Source of the DNA: Azolla caroliniana
Lineage: Eukaryota; Plantae; Polypodiophyta
Length of the DNA stretch: 64,000 nt
Assembly: GCA_043228905.1 (NCBI GenBank)
Contig: JBHGNT010000004.1
Span: forward strand, 1,674,001-1,738,000
Direction of reading: 5' to 3'
Part shown: positions 1-22,745 of the stretch, one piece after another
Position numbering within the stretch: the first letter of the stretch is position 1
Layout: the number at the start of each line of letters is the position of its first letter
Notes under the pieces: generated by a model
The model's input: only the letters and a program-made list of their open reading frames with translations
Told to the model about the DNA's origin: nothing
Databases searched by the model: none
Translations under genes and position numbers: made by a program

Positions 1-1030
1 ACGTCAATTAACCACTGCTAGTGATGTGTATGGCTATGGAGTAGTATTGCTCGAATTGCTCACAGGCCAAGTTGCCATCGATCACAAGCGTATGGAGGAT
101 TATAATCTTGTTGGTTGGGTAATTAGCTTGCCTTTTGAACTTTCCTTTCATTCTTTTTGAAGTGATTTAAGGAATTTGTTGATTAATTTGTTTACTAAAA
201 AAATTATTAGAATACATAACAATGCATAAGATTCCATGATATTATCTATTGTAGATTATATATAAAATACATTACCATGGGTGAATTAAAGCTAGTGTAA
301 GTTCTGACTTATGGTATTTAGAAGCGTTCAAACAAAATATGTAACATTGTTTTTATTCTAAATAAGCTCTCTAGTCACTCAAATTAGGTATAGAATATAA
401 TGGCATTTGAACTAGTAGAGACCTTAATGTTTTATAAAAAGTCAAGTGGAGATGAATTCCATGTAAAGAAAGATTTTAGATATATGTATCGTTCTGTTCA
501 GTTATAATGGTATTTGATTTTAGATGTCATTTTATGACTTTCTTCACATAAAATGACCAATTAAGGCATAAGAAGACTAGTAATTATTTAACCAAGGCTT
601 AGGACAAAAGGCAAAAACAATAAATGTATAGGTGCAAACATTAGTGATAAACCAAAACGTAAAGAACATATATAAAACACTTGCGTATGATGAGAACGAT
701 GATTGTATATAAACCCCTCCAATCTTGATCAGGTGAATGGAAAGCTCAAACGGAACTGGAATGTGAGGGCAATCATTGATCCAAGACTTGGATCGAACTA
801 TCCAATTGATGAATACAAAGAAGTGGTAGAGATTGCAACGCAATGCACAACATATGATAGAAATGAAAGACCAAAAATGCAGGTGAATCTAAATACATAT
901 ATACGCATTTAGAAATACACAATGTACATTTTAGACATAATATGTATATACATATATACACATTTAGGAAAATGCCCAAAAACTTGTTTGGATACATGCA
1001 AAGATGTAAACACAGACAATTTGGATACAC

Positions 1031-1066
<36 letters not shown>

Positions 1067-1385
1067 CATATAGACAGATATATGCAAGATACCCACATAC
1101 CCACAGACACATGCATGCAACATACATACCCACACATGTACATACATACATACATACATACATACATACATAATACTAACTTATGAATGGGAGCTTGATT
1201 GATGGCAGACTGTAGCAGCAAGGTTGGAGCAAATATTGAGAGGGCTACAACCTCCTCCAGAGCATATGGTTATACTGCCTCCTCCATCCCCCACTTCTCT
1301 TGCTTCCAACAAGGGACTTGATCAAACGACAAACAGCTTGAATGACATCAACGTAACATATAGCTTGGGTGTGGAACCACGTTGA
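1..1385 (+). CDS. LRR receptor-like kinase copy 0, 3' end only (last three exons; gene starts before the window)
   Basis: Exon <1-118 [39 protein letters not shown] (kinase subdomain IX); exon 733-882 [19 protein letters not shown]...[13 protein letters not shown] (subdomain XI); exon 1209-1385 [19 protein letters not shown]...LGVEPR*. GT-AG boundaries are homologous to those of the complete copies. Confidence 0.9.
1033..1170. repeat. (CA)n and (TACA)n microsatellites in the last intron of copy 0
   Basis: Directly visible; similar CA-rich tracts occur in the same intron of every paralogue (about 14400, 31130, 38290, 54245). Confidence 0.95.
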
Positions 1386-3111
1386 TTTCGATGAAAATGC
1401 ACATAGAAAGAAATATTTACGCATGTATCATGCTACTATACAATTTGCATGCATTGTAATAATGATTGTTCCCACTTTTGTAATCTCACTTGTGATGGCC
1501 ATATTGTACTTTTCCAATCACTTTATTTCTACTTTCCCTTATCATCCAAATTGTTCTAGGATATATATGTATGTCATATGAAAAAAATTACTTTGTGACA
1601 TGATTGATTTTGTTAATGAATACATACATATATTATGTGGTGAATTAATCATTGTTCTAAGGTGCAAAGACATTATAAACATGCATGTCTAGATTTTGGC
1701 TCCATACTCATTTTTGTGGTCCATATAATATTGTAAAACCGATTTCATCATCAACCTACCATCATTGTATGTTCATGTATTGTATCTTGCATCATATCTC
1801 TTAAAGGGTGAGATTTATTGGGACCATTTATGGATGTGACATTTAATTAGCATGATTTTATCATATATCTATGACATGCATGGAGTCTTATTTTCCATGA
1901 TATTATCCAACATCAATATCATAATTCTTAAATTGGGGAACTCATAGTATAGTATAGATAGCATTTACTTACTTGAGCCAATATACACACTCAATTATTG
2001 TAGTTCTCAAATTGGTAGAATGTTACGAATACAAATAACATTATTTGACGGAGTCAATATACTTAAGATAGATCCATTAGGCCAAGAATTGTACGAAGGC
2101 ATACACCTAGATCATAAACAAAGAATATTTATTTACCCAAACTACATTCTCGAATTGAGCTACTGATTTGGAATCATACAACTCGCCAACAACAACTATG
2201 TTTCTCTCATCTCTGAGGAACTTTGCAACATTTGATTAGTTTAATTAAACAGAATAATACAATTAGATTACAATTGAATTGATAACATGTGAATTGATAT
2301 CATTACAATTGTGATTAGCTTTAAGTAGGCTACTACATGCATCAAACTTATAGTATGTGTAGGTGCCTAGGACTTCTTATTATAGCAACATGTGTAGTTC
2401 TACATTCGTCAAAGAATATGGTTTTCGAGTAAGTCTTAATCTCTTTGTAGGCATATTTTGGTAGAGCTTGTGAATGGAAGTGTGGTTTTGTTCTTATTAG
2501 TATATGTGTCATATATCTAATGTACTCAACAGTTAGGTCCTATTGAGACAATAATTAGTTTCTTGGCTAGATGCCTTGAACAAGAGAGGACAATGAGAGT
2601 TCGTTGACTCTTTGTATATGAGGTTAGCAACTTGAGAGTGCTTGATAACCACTCTCATTCGACTTGCCATCAAGTGGGAATACAATGTTCGAGCCCCCGC
2701 ATATGATCTTAGCGAGGAGATGGAACTTCTCTTTTTTGAGAATGCATTCGGTGGAAGCATCTTGAGATGACACAATCCACTCAGAGAGAAAGCCCAATTC
2801 ACTAGTTCAATGTTATCTAGCATGGATATTCCCCCACACAAACATGTTTTATTGTAGGCATCACAATGCTTTTCTTAGCTCATGTACAATGGTTAGAGAC
2901 TTCACTTGATATCACATTGATTGTTTCACAATTTCAGTCGATCAAATCTTACAAAGTGTTTCCTTGTTTTTGTCAAATTTCAATGAGCTCACAATCGAAG
3001 TGGACCCACAAGATCAACAAGTCACCGATTGGAGCAAGCCCACAATTGAAGACGGCCAAGCCAACAAGTCCAACAAGCCAGCGATTCAGCCGAACATTTA
3101 AGAATAAACTA

Positions 3112-3146
3112 TTGACACCTCCAATGATAATCATTGGAGGTGTCAA
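3112..3146. repeat. Perfect 17-bp inverted repeat with 1-nt spacer
   Basis: ttgacacctccaatgat-a-atcattggaggtgtcaa. Confidence 0.95.
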
Positions 3147-3926
3147 AATGGTAAATGGTAAATGCACTCTTGCCAAAAACTCAAACCCAGCCCACAATCG
3201 GAAAGTATATAATGTGTGTGGTATGGTTAATTCATTGGACTTGATAATTATTCCTTATCATCATATATCGTGTTTAAACATTGGGGTCATAAAGCTAATT
3301 ATGAGTGCGACACGCCAAACAGACATAAAATTGTAGTCAGGACAAGGACTGTATTCCTACTCTGTGTGTGCATCATTATCACATACAAAGTACATTAAAG
3401 TAGACATCATTTAAATTAAAGGTTTGAATACTTTATGTAATTCAAAGCTTCATCGATATGTCTGCGTAGTCACCATCGGCAAACATTGACACATAAACAA
3501 TTCAAAAGCAAGAAACATTGACAAAAAAAAAAAAACATTTGACATTTTATGTTCTAAGGATCAGAATCCGTCTTCTTCTGTTTGTGAGTAGTAACTGTAA
3601 TGAGAAGATTGTGTATATTATTATATCCGACAAAGTTCTCACATTGGGTTCAGTCTCCATCTCATTTTTCATGTCCTTCCATTTTTTCTTTGAATGCCCT
3701 TCGAGTCTATTAAAGATATCAATCACATCGTACATCAAGTTGTGATTTGTCCTCACAAGTTAATACTGTATTGGTGGACTTGGTTCTTCCTTATCATCCT
3801 CATCATCAAGATTGTTTTCAAGGTTGCAATTATCTCAATTATTGATACATGTAGTGGTGGTACATTGTTTTCAAATGTATGTAATATGTTGATTATGGTC
3901 CTAAACCTAAATATGGTCTGGATTGT

Positions 3927-3929
<3 letters not shown>

Positions 3930-3986
<57 letters not shown>
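3930..3986. repeat. (TG)n microsatellite upstream of RLK copy 1
   Basis: About 28 TG units; absent from the homologous upstream regions of the other copies. Confidence 0.97.
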
Positions 3987-3988
<2 letters not shown>

Positions 3989-4251
3989 GACATAAAATTG
4001 TCTCTTGCAGCAAGGATTGTATTGAATTAGTCCTACTTTATCCACTGACATAAATTATGGATGGGATATGCCTGATGTCTTTCTACATATTTTCAAATCA
4101 GTGGTGGGGTTTTGTTTTTGTATTTTTGAACATTCCTCGGAAGTTTGATCACTGCTTTCCTCTTCTGCACAGCTCCCTACTAATTCAGTATCAGCTTCAA
4201 TCAACATAATTCAGCCAATTCTCTTATCAAACCAAATTCCCTGCTTCATTC

Positions 4252-14666
<10,415 letters not shown>

Positions 14667-15369
14667 TTTCAATGAAAATTCTCGTAGAAAGAAAATGTAT
14701 GCACATGTATCATGTATATATACCATACATTCAAATTCAGATTCATATAGATGTATATGTTAGTATGTACCATATACGCATGCAAAATAATGACCGATGA
14801 TTGTGCGAGTGTGAAATTGTATGTGCAACCCACCATGACATAAGATTTTGGTTAACTTTTAAGTTTTTTTCATAAAATGTCATTTCGTGTTCTGAAGCTA
14901 GATGTGGAGATGGAGTAACTTTAATGGCTACCCCCCTAGACGCTCGAAGACATGGATTATTGAGTCCTTATAACTCCATGCCATATATAAGTTGCTTGCT
15001 TTCAATATTATATTGTTATGATACTTATTATACATTCAAATACATTCTACTTGATGCAATATTATGAGTTCATGGCGAAATTTACTTCCCAAACTTTGAT
15101 AACATTAAGGACATGGTAAAAAAGAGTAATCAAGAAAGAAAGCAAGACCAAGAGATCACTAAGACTTGAGTCCTATAAGTGAAAGATTTTGTGATGTCTG
15201 GCCCTTGACTAGACGATAAAAGAATCCTGCAAGAAAGATTCATGGTCGTGCAATTGGCTTGATACATAAGTATCTAACAAAGTTGGGACAATAATGGAGA
15301 AGGTAAATGTAGCAGAAGAATGGGCTAAGTTACGAATCGACCTCTATTTGGGGGTTTCATTGATGCCAG

Positions 15370-15525
15370 ACTATCTCAGCAAGTTTGGAGGAGATCTTGA
15401 GAAGGTTGCAACCTCCTCTAGAGCACATGATGATACTTCTCTTCTTGTGAACAAAACTCAACCAAACCACGAACAACTTGAATGACATCAAAATAACATA
15501 TGTATTGGAAGTGGAACCACGTTGA
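15370..15525 (+). pseudogene. Orphan subtype-B terminal exon of the RLK
   Basis: Acceptor context gaagaatgggct...tgatgccag followed by TISASLEEILRRLQPPLEHMM, an internal deletion giving an early stop, then ...gaagtggaaccacgttga; homologous to the last exon at 31217-31393. Confidence 0.8.
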
Positions 15526-16339
15526 TGTTGATGGACATGCATGCGTTGTGTATGTATACAACATACATTCACATTCATATGTGTGCATGTATAGATTGGT
15601 ATATACCCTACCTATATCCACACATATTCATTTATGCTTATGCATGTAAGGTAATAAAGAATTAGTGTTGATTGTGTGTGCACGGCACCACGACATAAGA
15701 GCTTGGAAGACATTTTGTCATTAAAATGTGAGTTTTGAGTGTTCTTGAGGTGGATGTGGAGATCAAGTAGTTGCATGGAAATGTCTAGAATCGTTGAGTC
15801 CCTTCAAGTTCATGTCATTTTTTGTGTTACTTGTCTCTAGATATTTTTTCTGGAGTTGACGGCTTAATTTAGTTCTCAAGGTTTGAATATATCACTGTGG
15901 AATTCCATGCTAGTATATGAATCTCCAGGTTGATGTACATATTTTTCTATGTTGTGTGAGAGCTTGAACAAAATCATATGATGTCCAAAATTGCTCTAGC
16001 GTGGTCCTTCAAACAAGTGATGAATGGTAAATAAGGTGATTGTATTTTATAAATGGTGAGTCCCACATTTATAATCTTGCAATGGCCAGTTCATATTTTT
16101 CCAACCACTTGATTTCTAATCTAGCTTTTACATGACCCATAATCATCATCCAAATGGTTAGGGTCCAATTTGTTAGGGTTTTCATTTCATTCAATCCTAA
16201 GACAACATGCCATATATATGCATACATACTCTTCAGAGACAAGCTAAACATGCATGTATGTGTATATAAATGGAAGTGTGAGAAACCACACTTTATTGTA
16301 AACCGTGTCAACTATGAACTAGATTCAATATCCAATTAG

Positions 16340-16760
16340 GTGCTTGGAGGTAGTTTCATCAAAGAATACTTACGCATTCTTATTCCTCCAAGGGGAGTGC
16401 GAAGAAGAAATGTACATGGTACAACCACCTGAATTCAAGTCCAAAGCGCACCTGCTTGCAATATGCCAACTAAAGAAGTCTCTCTATGTCTTGAAACAAG
16501 CTCCAAGGGCATGGCACTCGAAGTTAATGCAATATCTACACCGAATTGGCTTCGAAATGTAGAAATCAAATAACTCAATCTATATTTGAAAGGGTCGATG
16601 AGGCATGCTCTTTATCTTCTTGTAGGTCGACAACCTAGTGATTGGAGGAGAACGCCTCCTCGTAGACATTAAGCTGGTGAAAACACAACTTTTTGCAAGT
16701 TCGAGATAAAGAGTCTTGACGAGCTCCATTACTTCCTAGGAATCATCCTAATATTTGATA
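16340..16760 (+). mobile_element. Ty1/Copia reverse transcriptase relic
   Basis: AFLFLQGECEEEMYMVQPPEF...CQLKKSLYVLKQAPRAWHSKL and LDELHYFLGI match Copia RT (RVT_2) motifs; degenerate. Confidence 0.85.
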
Positions 16761-16882
16761 AGATCTTACTAAAAAATTAACGCTATTCTTAAGGCAACCA
16801 AGTTTCCTCTGGAACAAAAAAGGAGGCCTAATCTAATTAACTAACTAACTAATAGGACTGATAATGCAAAATAGTTACTGAG

Positions 16883-17000
16883 TAGGGATCAACAACGGTT
16901 CGGTTTAGGCTTAGCCAATTTGGCCTGATCCAAGCCAAATGGGCTAAACCTAAACCGTTTACAGGATCTCAAACCTATTAAACCGGTTTGGTAAACGGCT
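16883..17000. mobile_element. Probable end of a non-autonomous hAT-like DNA transposon with an internal hairpin
   Basis: Begins tagggatc exactly where homology to paralogous flanks (45121-45146) stops. Contains repeated aacgg/aaccg motifs and an imperfect hairpin of about 24 bp (cggtttaggcttagccaatttggc / gccaaatgggctaaacctaaaccg). The other end was not found. Confidence 0.45.
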
Positions 17001-17289
17001 TGGAAACCTCCCTCTCTCTCTCTCTCTCCCTCTCAGATGATCCACTATATACTATATACTATATACTATATACTATACATTGTACAAGCTCTCCCTCCCA
17101 CTCTCTCTCATGTCTGTGGTCTCGACTCTCTCCCTCTATCTCTCTCCCCCCTCTATGTAGCCTCTCTCACTTTTTTTTTTCGTAAATAATGGCTTTCATT
17201 ACGAAAGAAAAAACACCACCATGACTAACTTACAACAAACTATAGAACCCCTTCTATCTAGGGATCTAAAAAAAACTACGACACCAAAC

Positions 17290-20200
17290 TCAATGCCACC
17301 CTACACACCAATTCAAATGGCGAATATGATGATATGTGACCTTGCAAAGTTCTCTCTCTTCTTGGTTGAGATTTTGTGACTTCTTTAGCACTGTCAATTG
17401 CCACAAAAGAAGTCCTTTTAACTTAAGAACATATTTTCTCACCCCAACTTGTGAATCAAAAATGAAGGCATTCCGCATATTCCAATTGAACCATAGCCCC
17501 CAATACCTCAAGAACTCAAAAATAATTTGAAAATGAGGCATCGGTTCATTGTGCAAAAACCCAACTGAAGGAAGAAGACTTACTCCTGTTAGAGACATCC
17601 ACACTAAACTGATACACCTCCAAACCATCCTTGCCATCGGGCATGAAATAAATCGATGCCTACTATGTTCCAATTCCACCGAACAAAAGAAACACAATCC
17701 TTTAGTAATGTTTCTTCTTTTTAATGCATCCCCTAATGGTAAAGCTCCAACCATAACTCTCCAAATAAATACCTTGGCTCGTAGCATCAATCGAGAACAC
17801 CAACCTGCCTTGATCACATGAAACCACCAAGTAATGGGCTTATGAAAACCCCATATCTTTATAACCCTTTCTTCCAACCACTTATGTTTGTCAATCAACT
17901 TGTGATAAGCAACATTCGTTGAGATCATAGTCAATCTCTTATTTCCAACAAACCTCCAATCAAGCTCTTGAGATCGCCCATCTAAATCAGGAATTGGCTC
18001 ATGCGAAGATAGTATTTGTTGCAACTTATCCCAAATAAAGTTATAACCTTTTGGAATACGAAATGTTGATCTTATTGTTCGAAAAGCCATTAATCTTCTT
18101 TGTGAAACCAACATAGCATCCTTAACTCTTACCAAACCCAATCTAGCCATCCGATTAAATTGAAGGTTAAGAATTTGTTTACCTTCCCACCTCAACAACC
18201 TTGATGTTGCCAAAACCTCCATTTGTAATGAATTGGCACATCCCCTTTCTTGTGGGGGATGCCATTCCACAAAATCCAACATACTTTGCCAAGATGTCAA
18301 CAAATGATTAACTATCATAGACCTTGTACATTTGACATCCCTATCAGAATTAATTACATTCCACCAATTCGCTTCAACCTTCATGTTTCCAAGCTTTATT
18401 CCGTTCTTCTCTATAAAGTATGCCACCATTTCTGTCCAAGGTTGTACACCTTCAAACATGAATCGAATGAAAGTAAATCGACGAGCCACCATATGCTCAT
18501 ATAGATTCAATATTGATGCCCCACCAAGACGCTTCGAAGTACAAACATGATCCCATGCCAACCATGACAAGGCACTTTTCCCTTTTCTTTTCCATAACAA
18601 CATTCGCATCAAGCGTGACAACATTTCAAGAGCTTTCTTTGACCATGGGAGCAAAGGAAGATAATAAGATACCATAGAGACCATAATCGATTGGACCACC
18701 TTAAGTCGTACATGAAAAGGCCAAAATGGAGACCTCCAATACATAAACTTATCCTCCAACCTTTTGGATACCCACTCAATAAGTTTCACATGAGAAACTT
18801 CCACCCCAATTGGATATCCAAGATGACGACAAATCATACCACGATGTACTATCCTTCCTGACCACCCCAACCCTAACACATCTTGTTCTGTACATGAAAT
18901 GAGGACAGATTTATGTATATTAATTCTCAACCCCGAAGCATTTGAAAACAATTCCCACACATCTCTTGTCTTACTAATATTTTCCCAATTAGGTGCCAAA
19001 AACATAATATGGTCATCTGCGAGAGCTTGAACAATACATGGCTTCCCTGATGGCAACCTTAGTCCAAGCAATTCTTCCCCCATAGCCATATTGTGTAACT
19101 TAACAAGAATAGGATGTGTCACAATAGTGAATAGTAAAGGACTTACCGGGCATCCTTGTCTAACTGACCTCCGAATAGAAATCGGTTGGGTTACTCCTCC
19201 ATTAAACATCGCATGTGAAACCGAACCCTCCCCTAATGTGTATATCAACTTAGACATACGATCACCAAAACCCATATGAGACATCAATTGATTTATAAAT
19301 GACCAATCCACATTATCATAGGCTTTCTCAATATCCAATTGTAGCAACACTAATTCTTGTTTAGACTCCTTTGCATAGTCAATTGCCATTTGAACATTTA
19401 AAATATTATGTAAAATGTCTCGTTTTGCTAAAAACCCATATTGAGCATTGTGAATAATAGAAGGTAAAACCTTATGCAACCTATTGGCCATCACTTTTGC
19501 AAATATCTTGTACATTCCCCCCATCAATGAAATAGGCCTCCATTGAGCAAAGGAAGATGGAGAAGGCACCTTCGGCAAAAGCTTGATCAAACCAATCTTC
19601 CAAGAATGAGGCATTTCCCCTGATGTCCACACCTTCTAAAATAAAATCGTAAAAGGCCCCTTTAACTTAATCACATATTTCTTAAAGAGTTCATGTGTTA
19701 ATCCATCCCACCCAGGACTCTTATCATTAGCAAGATGTGACATGACATGTTCCACCTCATCCTCTAAAATATTAGCATCTAATGATTGTGCCACATCATG
19801 CGATACATGATTTTTCACTCCATTAAAAAAGACATCTCTATCCTTTTTAACATTATCGTCGATACACACTTGTACATCCAACAATTGTGTAAAATATTCT
19901 ATGCATTTCTTCACAATTTCTTGAGGATCGGAACACATGATACCATTTTCCTCTAACCTTACCACATTATGTCGTGCATGTGATTCATGAAGGTCATGGA
20001 AAAACTTATGTGATTGACAATTAGCATCATCCACTTCTTGTCTTAGACGATGTAGTCTAGCATGCTGATAATTTTTTGCCGTTAGGTCATGCATCGCAGA
20101 AATTAATACCTCTTGATATCCCATCAACTCTACATCCGTTGGCCAAAAAGTTAACAATGAGTTGCATTTATCAAGCAAATTAACTAGGAGACTTAATTTC

Positions 20201-21129
20201 TTTCTCCTTTTAAAAGCATGGTGAATTCCATAATATCTAGTTAACCTCTGAACATTTGCAACAAATACTTCCCACGCTTCATACCCATCAAATTGAACAC
20301 GATAGGCAAATGCATCAATCAATTGACACATATAGGCATGGAAGACCTCATGATCCAAAAATGATGAATTAAAAATCAACAGTGGTTTTCCTAAAAACTC
20401 ATGAAAACCTCTAATTGAGTGGTGATTGAACTCAAAAATTAATGGGAAATGATCTGACATAATTGACCCATAAAACACTGAAATATCCAAAATCTCTTGT
20501 AAAAAACCTTCGGTATGCATTACATACGTTCGATCCAACCTACTCCAAGTATCCTTATATTGAGCCGATTGAAAGGTATAGCCAGGTTCATCTCCCTTGA
20601 TCCATTTCCATACATCCCTTAACATGACTTTAGTCTCAAAATCTCCCCATTCTTGAGCCTCTAGTCCATCCATAATAGAGTGGATAGATGTTGATTGATC
20701 TGTCTCACAACAAACATTAAAATCTCCCATCAATAAACCCGGTCTACCATTATGAAGCACTGAGTTTAGAGATCTCCATAACAACTTTCGTTCTTGTGAA
20801 ACATTTGATGCATACACACCAACTAACCAAATAGCTTGCCCTTCATAACATATCTCTACCATAATAAATCTTCCAAATTCATCTGAAACAATTACTTTTG
20901 GGTGAAATTTATCTCTTATAAACATGACAATCCCAAAATAGTCCCCATGAACCTTGCCAGCATAACATAATGTATAACCCTTAAAATAACTAATTAAACT
21001 AGCATTCTGATGATCTTTATGCTCTACTGCACATAAAACATCCCATTGCTCACTTAACACAATCCTCCAAACCTCATGCATTCTAAATCTAGAACACAAT
21101 CCCCTCACATTCCATGTGGTGATCTTCAT
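17290..21129 (-). pseudogene. LINE ORF2 (APE endonuclease, reverse transcriptase, zf-RVT) with one in-frame stop at 19636-19638
   Basis: MKITTWNVRGL, GDFN, SRLDR, SDHFP (endonuclease); KSPGWDG, WRPISL, LDIEKAYD, VRQGCPVSP, LADD, HLGYPI (RT); CFFC..E...HRFISC (zinc finger). ORFs 19636-21129 and 17290-19632 are in the same frame. Confidence 0.93.
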
Positions 21130-22097
21130 ACTTTATTTTTTCCTTTTATTCGAGAAATCTCCTTCTCCTTCACTGCTAATGTTTCTGCCATATCCTGAAA
21201 TAAATCCCCTAAGATTGCATATGAATTACTATGGGAATGCAAAACTCTAGACCCCGATGGCTCCTCATGTGAACGAGGCACCGATTTCCATTTATTCCAA
21301 GGAACATACAAATTACCTTTATTATTAAAAGATAATTTCTTTGGATAGTCCTCTTGACGAGCCCATGGTTTATTCCGCATGGGATGTGTCGATGTGACCT
21401 TCTCCATAGATACATTATGCCCAACATTTTTATTAGACTTCTTCATCTTTCCAGAAACTATTGACCATTGTCCTTCATCCTCTAGAGTCTTTCCATCCTT
21501 CTCATTCACAATTTGTGGTTCCTTTGTTTGCTCTGAAATTGTCAAATCTTGAATCTAATCATGAGTTGTAGGCTCTTCATGTACCACTTCCACTACATTA
21601 TTTCTTTTTTGAGGACATTCAGCCATAAAATGCCCCAACACGCCACAATGGAAACAATGTCTTGCAAATGTACCCCATGTAAGCCGAAAATACATAGGTG
21701 GCATACCAGAACATGCAATCTGTAAACAACTTGGCCTCTTTATAGCAGTATTCCAAAGAATACACATCCGATATCGATTTTGAGCATTAGCACTAGGAGG
21801 CACCAAGATCTTTCCCAACTTTTCCATCGCTGACCGTAATATTGGCCAAACCACTAAATATGTGCACTCTACCTCAACCCATACGGGACACTCTTGCTTT
21901 AATATATCTTGATATTCCACTAATGGTCTCCACGGAACAATATGAACCAAACTTTTCTCATAAAAAACTGGCAATTTATTGAGTAATTTCTCTTTATCCT
22001 CTTGTGATACCAAAACAACCTCATAAAATCCACGAGGACCAGCATAAACATCCTAAACACAATCAGCTTGTAAAATCCCACGTAACCATTGTTTGAC
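21126..22097 (-). pseudogene. LINE ORF1 (zinc-knuckle nucleic-acid chaperone), truncated, with in-frame stops
   Basis: PVWVE motif and CFHCGVLGHFMAEC CCHC knuckle; ORFs 21555-22013 and 21126-21545 share a frame; the TGA overlaps the ORF2 ATG (ATGA). Confidence 0.85.
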
Positions 22098-22539
22098 CTA
22101 TGTAGCTACATGAGGAATGAGATTGATATCCAGTTAGCCACTTTGAGCTAGTACAATCAATGAATACTTAGATATTGTTATTCCTCCATGGGGAGCTTGA
22201 AGAAGAAAACATTATGCTACCAAGTGAAATGAAGAATGATGAAGCTTTGTCAATATTTTCTTTAAACAATGTATGGTTAATATTCTGCAGAAAAATACAA
22301 AAAAACTTTAACCAATGTTTACTTCAATCAAGAAAGCCTGTTTTTTTCACGATGATGTGAAAAATGGAATGCATGATGAGAGTGTACCATTTTAGGCTGT
22401 AGCAGAATGAACGGACCAAGCGAAACGCAGATGACTAAAGGTAAACAGTGCAATCATAAGCCTTAGAAAGGGGATCCCCTTCCTTCCTAGAAACAGATAT
22501 TGGATGGAAGATATTCTGCAAACAAAAGTATATACATAG

Positions 22540-22745
22540 TGCAAACCCTAACTTTAAACTTAGCAATTGAGTCTGATCCGTCCGTCCAAAAGTGAACAAT
22601 AACCCTTTAAACTTTTAACAAAAGTCACGAACAAAACAAAAGAATTAGACAAAACCCTAACTTTCCCCCCTAGAATCTAAACCTAGAGACAGATGGAACT
22701 CTAGAATATAAAGCATACCCCTAGGATGCAAACCCTAACTCTAGA
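22540..22745. promoter_or_regulatory. Cluster of telo-box-like motifs (AAACCCTA) about 1.2-1.4 kb upstream of RLK copy 2
   Basis: Three aaaccctaa motifs; equivalent clusters at 45490-45780 and 57780-57985. Function not shown. Confidence 0.35.

Larger units (their letters stand above)
17171..22097 (-). mobile_element. L1/Tx1-like LINE retrotransposon, 5'-truncated within ORF1
   Basis: Poly(A) tail seen as T10 at 17171-17180, a short 3' UTR, then ORF2 and ORF1 on the minus strand. Confidence 0.93.

Noticed and set aside
773-1221. ORFs rich in CVCV/HTHT/YIYI (also about 3700-4010, 14200-14600, 30900-31300, 38000-38450, 54000-55000)
   Set aside because: Translations of CA/TG/TA microsatellites in introns and flanks.
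2400-3105. Unique, slightly coding-like stretch (ORFs 2533-2841 and 2866-3336)
   Set aside because: No recognisable motif in the frames I read and multiple stops; probably an old TE or gene relic that cannot be assigned without a search.
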